64,000 nt of DNA from IMG/VR virus record IMGVR_UViG_3300025652_000047, positions 14,948 to 78,947 of that record; one strand, written 5' to 3'. The translations under genes and the position numbers were made by a program. This document shows, piece by piece, positions 8,648 to 16,782 of the stretch. Position 1 is the stretch's first letter. The number at the start of each line of letters is the position of its first letter. Origin of the DNA: a virus. The notes under the pieces were generated by a model, which ran no database searches, had not been told where the DNA came from, and saw only the letters and a program-made list of their open reading frames with translations.

Positions 8648-10873
8648 TTAGTGTTCCCAAATCTTCGAGATTTCTCCTGAAGTTTTAAATTTAACAGTAG
8701 GACAGAAAAATTCTGCTGCTTCTACCATATATTCTCCTTGTAATTTAGATACTTCATCTTTATTACTTTCATCTGTTTGACTACAGATTTCATCATGCAA
8801 TAATAAACATAATTTCCAATTTAATTCTGGATGATTTACATAATGGCGTCTACATCTAATCTGTGCATACTTACTCTGTTTAGCTGATGTACCTTGTATT
8901 TTAAGATTACATCCTCTATTGCCAAGTCTTGATTTAAATATACCTATATCAGTATAGTTCTCTTTAATATGTGGCTTATCTTTGTATAAGTTTCTTTTGT
9001 ATTTTTCTCGTTGATCTTGAGATTTATTCTTATACTCATCTGTAAAGAAGAAACTGCTATTATATCTTTCCTTTTTCTTAATGTCTTCATACCCATCTTG
9101 GATATAAATAGCTTGTAATTTAGGTTCAAAAAGTACATATCCCTTAGCTAAAGCTTCAGACATAGAATCTTTAATAAATGATTCTAACTCAGGAAATGCT
9201 GAGAAATAATCAGTTACTAAATGCTCTGCTTCCTCTTGGGAGATACCTAATTGCTTAGATAATGATATAGCTGTTATGCCATATGCTAAACCAAAATTAA
9301 TAGATTTAGTATTCTGTCTTGTACCTTTCATCCATTTTTCATAATCAGGATGACTATCAGGATATATCTTAAAATTGATATCACTAACTTCACCTACTAA
9401 TTGAGCAGTATAACTATGAAAATCAGATCCAAATAACTCATGACCATTATTAAAGAAATCTAATAAGGATGGATCTTGAGATAATCCTGCAATAACATGA
9501 CTTTCTTGACTCGAATAATCATTTACTACTAAATATTCATCTCCAGCATGAAATGCATCTCTATGTGTACTAGGTACAGCTAATAAATTAGGTTTAGTAG
9601 TTGCTGTTCTACTACTTATCAAATGCTGTCTGTAATTAGGATGTAACCTCTTAGTAATAGGATGTACATACTTTAAAAAATCAACACCATAGGTAGTTAT
9701 ATTCATTTGTGACTTCCTAACTAGTAAGTAAGCCATTTTAAGGCTATCTAAGCATTGGATCTCTATGTCTGTATCTGTAAGGTAATTCTTTTTAAATGGA
9801 GAACTTGATAGTACTGCTTTAGCACCTACAGACCATTCCATTCGTTTAGTTTGCTTACTCTTCTCTTTATCACATATTCCTAAGTCTCTAAACAAAGCTA
9901 TTACTTGCTTAGGACTACTCCAATCTATAATACAATCACCATCTGGATTAAATAAAGATAGCTGACCATAGTTAGGAAAGTTATTAACTACATACTTGTT
10001 TAGAATATCTAACCTATCATAATAGATAGTTTTGTTCTTTTTAGCTAATTCTTCCCATACTTGTATATTAAATGGCATTCCATTTAACTCCATGTCTGCA
10101 ACTACTTGTGTATATTCAGATTCAAATCTGATATTATCTTTATTACAAAAATGAAATCCAAGTAGATCATGCCCTTCTAATTGCTTGGCTTTTACTTCTA
10201 AAGGAATTGTAACATCTTCAGCTCCATATTTAATCTGCTCATAAGTAAATGGCTTATCTTCTATTTTAAGAAAACCTAACCTAATAGATTTGTCTATGAA
10301 ATTAATATCTTCTAACTCAAATTGAGATATAGAATCATTAATATCATGTTTTGATATCTGATTAGTATTAATTACTTTTAACTGATTAAATAGATCAAAA
10401 GAATCTTGTGATTTATAATTAAGATACTTTTTACTCATAGCTTCTAAACTAAGACCTATATTAAGTCCGTTATACAAGCTTATCTCAGCAAGCATAGTAT
10501 CATATACTTTACGCATACTAATGCCATAGTTATGCTTAAAATGCTTACCCTCAAACTTAAGATTTTGACCTACTAAAAGTAAATCATGATTCCAATTTAT
10601 AAGATCTAATAAAGGTTTTAATGCAATTGCATCATAATCTCTAGTATCTATTATAAATTGCTCATCTAAATCTCCTATCTGTAACATAACTATCTCTGTA
10701 AGATAAGGATCTAATCCTCCTCTATAGATAGTTTCATCAAATGTTCCAGGTTCAAATTTAGGAGTAGTTTCTATATCTATTCCTAACTCTGGCTTACCTC
10801 TACAATATTCTATGCAGTCTTCCAGAGTACAGTTATTTATTCCTTCGACTTTATAATTTGCTATTAATCTCAT
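8648..10873 (-). CDS. polA: DNA polymerase family A with 3'-5' exonuclease
   Basis: Exonuclease motifs DIET and NLKFE; motif A NDYSSQE; motif B RQNTKSINFGLAYG; motif C LHDE. Confidence 0.95.
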   Translation of the reverse strand: MRLIANYKVEGINNCTLEDCIEYCRGKPELGIDIETTPKFEPGTFDETIYRGGLDPYLTEIVMLQIGDLDEQFIIDTRDYDAIALKPLLDLINWNHDLLLVGQNLKFEGKHFKHNYGISMRKVYDTMLAEISLYNGLNIGLSLEAMSKKYLNYKSQDSFDLFNQLKVINTNQISKHDINDSISQFELEDINFIDKSIRLGFLKIEDKPFTYEQIKYGAEDVTIPLEVKAKQLEGHDLLGFHFCNKDNIRFESEYTQVVADMELNGMPFNIQVWEELAKKNKTIYYDRLDILNKYVVNNFPNYGQLSLFNPDGDCIIDWSSPKQVIALFRDLGICDKEKSKQTKRMEWSVGAKAVLSSSPFKKNYLTDTDIEIQCLDSLKMAYLLVRKSQMNITTYGVDFLKYVHPITKRLHPNYRQHLISSRTATTKPNLLAVPSTHRDAFHAGDEYLVVNDYSSQESHVIAGLSQDPSLLDFFNNGHELFGSDFHSYTAQLVGEVSDINFKIYPDSHPDYEKWMKGTRQNTKSINFGLAYGITAISLSKQLGISQEEAEHLVTDYFSAFPELESFIKDSMSEALAKGYVLFEPKLQAIYIQDGYEDIKKKERYNSSFFFTDEYKNKSQDQREKYKRNLYKDKPHIKENYTDIGIFKSRLGNRGCNLKIQGTSAKQSKYAQIRCRRHYVNHPELNWKLCLLLHDEICSQTDESNKDEVSKLQGEYMVEAAEFFCPTVKFKTSGEISKIWEH

Positions 10874-11037
10874 AACCTAGTGCATTTATGAATATTACAG
10901 TATATAATAGAAGGAATTCTACCTTTATCTGTATTTACATCTATTTGTGCTTCTTGAGCACCTTCTATTGCAATTAAAATTCCAATTTCATTATACTCTT
11001 CACTCTTCACTTTGTCTCCTATTTTTAAATTATTCAT
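10870..11037 (-). CDS. Small hypothetical protein (55 aa)
   Basis: Manual translation MNNLKIGDKVKSEEYNEIGILIAIEG...CTRL; the stop overlaps the polA start (ATGA). Confidence 0.6.
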   Translation of the reverse strand: MNNLKIGDKVKSEEYNEIGILIAIEGAQEAQIDVNTDKGRIPSIIYCNIHKCTRL

Positions 11038-11061
11038 CTTTTTTTGTTTGGTATCATTAGT

Positions 11062-11100
11062 AAAATGGTGACACTACTTCTCCAAGTAATGTCACCAAAA
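11062..11100 (-). terminator. Probable intrinsic terminator
   Basis: TGGTGACA...TGTCACCA stem with an inner TACTT/AAGTA pair; T-run on the minus strand. Confidence 0.6.
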
Positions 11101-11103
11101 TTA

Positions 11104-11520
11104 TTATACAGTCTGAACTTCTACAATCTCATGCCCTGCTCTTGAAAAAGCAGTATCAACTTCTACACTAAAACTTGGATCTTTTACATCTCCAAGCACT
11201 ACAGTTTTGTAGGACTCTACTGTCCTTACTTCTCCCGTCTTATCAGTGAAGTTATATGGTACTACTTTTCTTCTTACAATATCTCCTAAAAGAAAAGTAC
11301 CTTCTTTTTCATCAAAACCTAAGTCGTTGATGCCATTATCCCACCTGTTTTCCCAAGCTACAATAGTTCCTGTTTGTGGTACACCTTTTGCAAATGCTAT
11401 TGTTCCATCTGCATTTGTGAATTTACTAATTACATTCTTACGAACATTAATTACTCTGTAGTTTTTTTGTGCCTTTTCTGATAATTTAGGCTCTGATACA
11501 TTTGTGATTTCTAAATACAT
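11104..11520 (-). CDS. Hypothetical protein, possibly OB-fold nucleic-acid binding
   Basis: 138 aa, beta-rich pattern, followed by a terminator. Confidence 0.55.
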   Translation of the reverse strand: MYLEITNVSEPKLSEKAQKNYRVINVRKNVISKFTNADGTIAFAKGVPQTGTIVAWENRWDNGINDLGFDEKEGTFLLGDIVRRKVVPYNFTDKTGEVRTVESYKTVVLGDVKDPSFSVEVDTAFSRAGHEIVEVQTV

Positions 11521-11562
11521 ACTATTTTGTTTAAATGTTAATTAATATACCTATATTAGGTA

Positions 11563-11823
11563 TTAAAATGATTTCAATGGTTTATTCTTATCAAAAGAAG
11601 CTTGAACTCCCTCTAATGCATATATTAATTCTCTCTCTGAGAATTTTCCACACACATTATATCTTAGGTTCTTAACCATATAAATATGTGTAATAATTAC
11701 GTCTAGTTTAGCTAGTAGATCTTTTCTACTTCTAAATTTTGATTGTAACCTCATTACAGATCTATCAAATTTTACTTTGTTACTTGCTGCACTCCATAAC
11801 TCTTCTTTCGTTCTATTATTCAT
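11563..11823 (-). CDS. Small basic hypothetical protein
   Basis: 86-aa ORF in the operon. Confidence 0.55.
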   Translation of the reverse strand: MNNRTKEELWSAASNKVKFDRSVMRLQSKFRSRKDLLAKLDVIITHIYMVKNLRYNVCGKFSERELIYALEGVQASFDKNKPLKSF

Positions 11824-11878
11824 CTGAATAATTTAAAATATAATACTTATATACGTTTACTAGGTACGTATTGGAACC

Positions 11879-12274
11879 TTAATAACAATCTATCGCATTT
11901 GGCTTTATATACAATAGAAATGCCTCTCTAGGAGTAGATAAACCACTATCTAAAGAGGATAATACTTTGCTAATGATACTTTTACTAGTCCAAAATGGAG
12001 TTGTTCTATCATTAACGTATACAAATGCTACATTTACTGTAGTATCTGGATTTATACCATCACTCAATAACAAATATGAGTAAATGTTCATACTATCATA
12101 AAAACAGTCTTCATGACCATCATCTATGAAACGAAACTCTAAAGTTCCTCTCTCTGTTAAATTATCATGTATGTTAACACACGACATTGGTGCATTTTGA
12201 GAATATGCAGCATTATAGAATCCAGCTATTAATATAACTGCAATTATTACGAATAATGTTTTTAATTTTTTCAT
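11879..12274 (-). CDS. Secreted protein (Sec signal peptide)
   Basis: MKKLKTLFVIIAVILIAGFYNAAYS|Q: signal peptide with Gln at +1, as is typical of Bacteroidota. Confidence 0.7.
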   Translation of the reverse strand: MKKLKTLFVIIAVILIAGFYNAAYSQNAPMSCVNIHDNLTERGTLEFRFIDDGHEDCFYDSMNIYSYLLLSDGINPDTTVNVAFVYVNDRTTPFWTSKSIISKVLSSLDSGLSTPREAFLLYIKPNAIDCY

Positions 12275-12280
12275 TCTTTT

Positions 12281-12811
12281 TTAGTTTAATACAAATGTAT
12301 ATTGAAAAGTGTTATTGTTTGGATTAGTGTCCCCACCTGATCCCATTATAATAGTACCTAAAAATTGAGTAGTTTCATTTTGAACATATTCTATACATTC
12401 AAAAGAAATTTCTATTATAGAACTACCTATTATATCAGTATTACTTACTAGATAGACTAAATTTCCTCCTACATAAGTGTAATCCCAATCTTCATTATTA
12501 GTAGGTAATATAAATCCACAAATATCTATTGTATTAGATACTTCAGGTATGCTAGCTTGTAATAAATCAGTATCAGGTAGTATAAGTAATACTGTTACAG
12601 GTCCACATACTTCATCGTCATTTATATTCTCAATAGAGAATATCATAGACCTTACATCTCCTAGTCCACCAAAACTACCTCCATTATTACAAGATGCTAC
12701 TGTATATTCTGTTATACATGGAGTTAATACTTGGTCTGTTGAAGGTATGCTATCTGTAGAACATGATCCTATTGTTAATGCTGCAATTAGCATTATTGAT
12801 AATTTTTTCAT
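12281..12811 (-). CDS. Lipoprotein with a DUF11-like Ig domain
   Basis: MKKLSIMLIAALTIGS|C lipobox; C-terminal GSGGDTNPNNN motif. Confidence 0.75.
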   Translation of the reverse strand: MKKLSIMLIAALTIGSCSTDSIPSTDQVLTPCITEYTVASCNNGGSFGGLGDVRSMIFSIENINDDEVCGPVTVLLILPDTDLLQASIPEVSNTIDICGFILPTNNEDWDYTYVGGNLVYLVSNTDIIGSSIIEISFECIEYVQNETTQFLGTIIMGSGGDTNPNNNTFQYTFVLN

Positions 12812-12978
12812 TCTTTTAATTTGTAAAGTTTATAAATATATACAAGTGCAACTATCGGCAATGTATATTCCATGATCATTGTTAATGTATCCCATTGTAA
12901 TAGACTAATCCAGCCTATTACAATGAGCATTAATACAAATGATAGTAGTCCTACTACCATTACTTTAAAACATTCCAT
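12808..12978 (-). CDS. Small membrane protein (56 aa), paralog of 13388..13585
   Basis: Manual translation MECFKVMVVGLLSFVLMLIVIGWISLLQWDTLTMIMEYTLPIVALVYIYKLYKLKE; ATGA overlap with the lipoprotein start. Confidence 0.65.
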   Translation of the reverse strand: MECFKVMVVGLLSFVLMLIVIGWISLLQWDTLTMIMEYTLPIVALVYIYKLYKLKE

Positions 12979-13061
12979 ATGTACTGTGTTTTTATATTCC
13001 TAGTATATTGTTGTAAGTGAAATAATCTTCTTTCCCTTGTATTCCTTCTCCTATGGTAATG

Positions 13062-13265
13062 TTATTTTTCTAATAGGTTAAGTAAATAACCTATTAAACA
13101 GATCATAATTATTCCAAATGGGAAAAATATGACGTTGTTTACTAGGAAACTAGCATTACTAGATAGTAATTCAACTAGTCCTAATGCTACTATTAAGCAA
13201 AAGCCTAGTATTAATGCGATAGATATTGCTATAAATGCAGTCCGTACTGTTTTTCGTAAGATCAT
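13062..13265 (-). CDS. Small 2-TM membrane protein
   Basis: Two hydrophobic stretches in 67 aa. Confidence 0.65.
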   Translation of the reverse strand: MILRKTVRTAFIAISIALILGFCLIVALGLVELLSSNASFLVNNVIFFPFGIIMICLIGYLLNLLEK

Positions 13266-13286
13266 CTTATTTTATTTTAAGGTTAT

Positions 13287-13311
13287 AAAAAATGAAAGCT
13301 ACCCAGCTTTC
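13287..13311 (-). terminator. Probable intrinsic terminator
   Basis: Minus strand GAAAGCT-GGGT-AGCTTTC-A-TTTTTT. Confidence 0.6.
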
Positions 13312-13387
13312 TTTCAGAGTTAATTCTCTTGCGCTCTATTTGATAAAGATGTCCAGCGTGACACCTAAATATTAATTACCCCAATAA

Positions 13388-13585
13388 TTAATCTCTCTTT
13401 TGCTTAAAAATCCATACTAAATATACAACTACAGCAATTGGTAGTGTATATTGTAAACATAAGGTAAGTATATTACTACCTATAGTGCTTATGATTCCTA
13501 AAACAACAAATAATAGTATAAATGCTACTAAGCCTGCTATAACTACTCCTATGGCTCCTAAAAGCTCTTCAGTTTGTTTATTCAT
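13388..13585 (-). CDS. Small 2-TM membrane protein
   Basis: Hydrophobic; YTLPIAVVVY motif shared with 12808..12978. Confidence 0.65.
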   Translation of the reverse strand: MNKQTEELLGAIGVVIAGLVAFILLFVVLGIISTIGSNILTLCLQYTLPIAVVVYLVWIFKQKRD

Positions 13586-13598
13586 GATTAGTTATTTT

Positions 13599-14003
13599 TT
13601 ACCAACAAAGATATTGTTCTAATATTACATATCCTACTAACATTGAGGCTGCAATAGATAATATTACTGTTACACCTATTAATATTTTTTCAGCACGTGG
13701 AGATGTAAAAGACTCTAGGTAATTATCAGCTTTAGATACCCAATTTGGCATTTTAAAATTATATTTAAGGGTTACCCATGTCCACGCCTCGGTTATACCT
13801 ATAACCAAACATACTAGTAATGGTGATGCAAATGAAATTAATAATATATATAAAATATCTATTATTAATTGTTCTCTTGTTATTATTTCACATTGTTCAG
13901 GAGCTAAAGTTACTGGTAAATAATGTAGTAACATATACATTACAATAAGTCCTATTATACTTAAAATAGATCCTCCTATATAAAATTTTAATAATTCTTT
14001 CAT
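13599..14003 (-). CDS. 3-TM membrane protein
   Basis: Three hydrophobic segments in 134 aa. Confidence 0.65.
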   Translation of the reverse strand: MKELLKFYIGGSILSIIGLIVMYMLLHYLPVTLAPEQCEIITREQLIIDILYILLISFASPLLVCLVIGITEAWTWVTLKYNFKMPNWVSKADNYLESFTSPRAEKILIGVTVILSIAASMLVGYVILEQYLCW

Positions 14004-14008
14004 GATTG

Positions 14009-14329
14009 TTATATTTTAATGTTTTTAATAGTAGTCCTAACCTTCTCAGCTAGGCCATGTCTTTCATTATACTTGTTACCTCTATACTCAGGATATTGTT
14101 CTTGTACTTTTCTTCTATTTCTACTTATAGTAGTAGGTGAGTATAAATTAGTACTACTAATAACTTTTAAAAGCTCCATAGCAGTCATGTTAGGTACATC
14201 ATATCCTAATGTACCTAACTGACCATATAGTACGTTAGCTATAAGCCTAGCATCGTTATCAGCTAAAGATTTATCCAAGCTTATCCAGTGTTTTATTATA
14301 TCTGCAAGTTTTTGCTTGATTATAGCCAT
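14009..14329 (-). CDS. Hypothetical phage protein (possible DNA-binding)
   Basis: LADNDARLIAN...TISRNRRKVQEQYPEYRG pattern recalled from Bacteroidota phage proteins. Confidence 0.65.
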   Translation of the reverse strand: MAIIKQKLADIIKHWISLDKSLADNDARLIANVLYGQLGTLGYDVPNMTAMELLKVISSTNLYSPTTISRNRRKVQEQYPEYRGNKYNERHGLAEKVRTTIKNIKI

Positions 14330-14340
14330 TGTTAGTTATT

Positions 14341-14460
14341 TTAAGTGACAGGATATCCTAGTATAATAAGAGCTATACCAGTTACTGCTAATCCTAGTAA
14401 AGTAAAAGCAGTTGCAATACTTAAACCTATTGCAGTGTGTTTAAAGATTGATTTTATCAT
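14341..14460 (-). CDS. Single-TM peptide (39 aa)
   Basis: Manual translation MIKSIFKHTAIGLSIATAFTLLGLAVTGIALIILGYPVT; ATGA overlap with the upstream stop. Confidence 0.55.
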   Translation of the reverse strand: MIKSIFKHTAIGLSIATAFTLLGLAVTGIALIILGYPVT

Positions 14461-14723
14461 ATTGTTGCGTTTAATTGAGCTATATGCTCGTGAGTATTGA
14501 AAATTGTTTCTAAAGCGTTTAATTCTTCAAGCATAGCAGCTTGCGTAGGTCCACACACTAAATGAGATGCAGGATTAGGGATATTTGCATATGAATCTAA
14601 ACCTACAAAAGTATCTTGGAATTGCATAATAGTATTAACCCTAATAGCCTTACCATTATAATCGCATAAGAATAAGATAGCTAAAGTATTAGGATTTAAA
14701 TAATCTCTGTTTATTAATTGCAT
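14457..14723 (-). CDS. Hypothetical protein
   Basis: 88 aa with an A-rich translation-initiation region. Confidence 0.6.
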   Translation of the reverse strand: MQLINRDYLNPNTLAILFLCDYNGKAIRVNTIMQFQDTFVGLDSYANIPNPASHLVCGPTQAAMLEELNALETIFNTHEHIAQLNATI

Positions 14724-14749
14724 TGTTCTTTATTTAATTAGTTAATAAA

Positions 14750-15010
14750 TTCGCCCAACAGTAATACTGCTGTCCTCGTGTCAATAGAGTTAGAGCTAAA
14801 GTTTATCCAGTATCTTATGGTTACTTGCTTCGCCACCTACTAATTGAAAAGGTATCTATACCTAGTAAGATTTTCTTGTTACAGGAACTTACTATTAACT
14901 CAGGTCTACTACACTACATAGCTTATGTTCGTGCGACACCACACTATCATAGGAGCTATCCTATGCATTTATCTTCTGTAGAATGATCAAAAAACTCTTG
15001 TTGCTCTAAA
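14750..15010 (-). ncRNA. Candidate structured RNA (about 260 nt)
   Basis: Hairpins CATAGGA/TCCTATG, TAGTAAG/CTTACTA, CAGCAGT/ACTGTTG; long-range TTAGAGC/GCTCTAA; no ORF. Confidence 0.45.
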
Positions 15011-15012
15011 GA

Positions 15013-15384
15013 TTAAGTTTCTAACTCTTGTATCTCTATCATTGCTTCTACCATTGCGTCCTCATCTGCCTTCAATGGTTCAAGTATAGAATCAATATCT
15101 AACTCTACTTCTCCATACTGATCCATTAATCTATGCTTACGCATAAACTGAACAGCACTGGTATAGCTATTAAAATCAATAATTTCTATTCCATTGTTGA
15201 AATATATAACAGGATGCCAATAATCAGTATTAATTTCATATGTAACCTGAGCATTAAACCATATAGACTCTTTAACTTTACATAGTAAAGAATATAAAGC
15301 AGGAATTACACCATTGCCAGGTTCTAAACCTAGTTTAATACATAATTCATCATTGTTGATAATATTGTTAATTATAGTTTGCAT
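15013..15384 (-). CDS. Hypothetical acidic protein embedded between structured RNAs
   Basis: 123 aa with an A-rich initiation region. Confidence 0.65.
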   Translation of the reverse strand: MQTIINNIINNDELCIKLGLEPGNGVIPALYSLLCKVKESIWFNAQVTYEINTDYWHPVIYFNNGIEIIDFNSYTSAVQFMRKHRLMDQYGEVELDIDSILEPLKADEDAMVEAMIEIQELET

Positions 15385-15410
15385 TGTTATTTATTTAATG
15401 ATTAAAAAAA

Positions 15411-15559
15411 ATATACTCCTGTGGACTTGAACCACAATTAATAATAACTTCAGGATGTTCCCTGCATTTTATATTATACCATTGAACCTCTCAGTAAAGA
15501 GTCAGTTCTGGACTTATGACTTTGTTATTATTAACCTCGCACGTAAAGAGAGAGTATAC
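15411..15559 (-). ncRNA. tRNA-like element with the anticodon arm replaced by a long helix and insert
   Basis: 9-bp closing stem GTATACTCT/GGAGTATAT; perfect T-arm TGTGG-TTCAAGT-CCACA; 11-bp helix TTAATAATAAC/GTTATTATTAA. Confidence 0.55.
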
Positions 15560-16416
15560 ACTTGAACACTCTTGGAAACATTGTTTGTGTTAGCACCATC
15601 ATAATAGCTGAATCCTAGTCATTGAACAAGCCTATTGCACTATTATAATGGTCACGTAGATACATTAAAATTACAGGTCTTAAACAGGGTTTATGTAATG
15701 TTATTCCCTATGCGTCTGCACCTTTATCTACTTGCTGTAAACTCCTAAGTGTGTAAACTAATCAGCTCACTATTTATATTCTATCAACATATTACAATAC
15801 AGTTGATACACTTGAATGATTTATATACTAGATATGAGAATCTAAGCGATATTATTTTCAAACTCATTTTTAATTATGTTTCTAACAAACACACTCAAGT
15901 AATTTATATTCACTCTTCATTTAATTGCTTATGAAGGGTTTAAGTCTTCAATTGAGTCAATTAGGTGGTAGGTTTCACCTGCTAATTCATAAAATAGGTC
16001 ACGACCTTCGTCTGTCTACCTAGTCTACATGTTAATGCAGCTTACTTGAAAGCTTATACATTGGCGCATCAATAGGGACTTTCAGCCTATTAGATTAACT
16101 CCATTTATGCTTTGGATTCATGGATTCCCATGTATTATCTCCAATGTATAAGTAATAATACACTCAATGTCTTATGCAATTACCAGTCAATACTACTAGA
16201 GTACTGAATTTCTGCAACCTGCATAAGACGTAGATAAAGGTACACAAGCTGATCAGTGCTTACCCAACTCCGTTTTCCTCCCAATATCTACAGGAGTGTG
16301 TATAATACTATAACCAAACCTCATGGTTACTACGCATACTTAATTTTAGATGTGGTATATATTTTGTTGTATGTTCCACTTTTCCAATGTTGGTAGGTTA
16401 TAGTATATTAAATTTG
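15560..16416 (-). ncRNA. Candidate large structured RNA (about 850 nt)
   Basis: At least six 10-15 bp helices, including two spanning about 500 nt. The mismatches in these long helices are G.U only when read on the minus strand. Confidence 0.6.
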
Positions 16417-16466
16417 TAAGTGCTGAAGGACTCGAACCTCTATCTGCTACCTAACTAGCGCACTTA
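16417..16466 (-). ncRNA. Minimal anticodon-less tRNA-like element (50 nt)
   Basis: TAAGTGC/GCACTTA 7-bp acceptor; D-arm GCTA-GTTAGG-TAGC; T-arm GAGG-TTCGAGT-CCTT. Confidence 0.6.
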
Positions 16467-16782
16467 TGAACAACTACTTAAAATCGTAGCTGTTCGCTGA
16501 ATCTTGAGTCATTAAGACCCCATATATACTTACGAACATAGTATAGTATTTAGTAGTTAATGTTATGACCCTCTATAGATCAAGATTTCAATGCCTTTTA
16601 GCTTAGTCTAAGTATTAATACCTACATAGAATGTAAGCATAATACTCCACTAGCTAATACTGGTGAGGCTTATTACAACCTCATGGTTTATTGCCATTTG
16701 CAATTTACATGTGTAGAATTTTGCTATTCCATAGCAAAATTTGAGGGTGAACCCTACCCGTTTAAGGGTAGAGTTCTAGCCA

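Noticed and set aside
14750-14800. HDV-like/theta ribozyme (TCCTCG and GGCGAA words)
   Set aside because: The two words are on opposite strands and I could not build the nested double pseudoknot.
15749-15934. 61-aa plus-strand ORF inside the non-coding region
   Set aside because: GTG start, opposite to the local transcription direction, no motif; the region is better explained as a minus-strand RNA.
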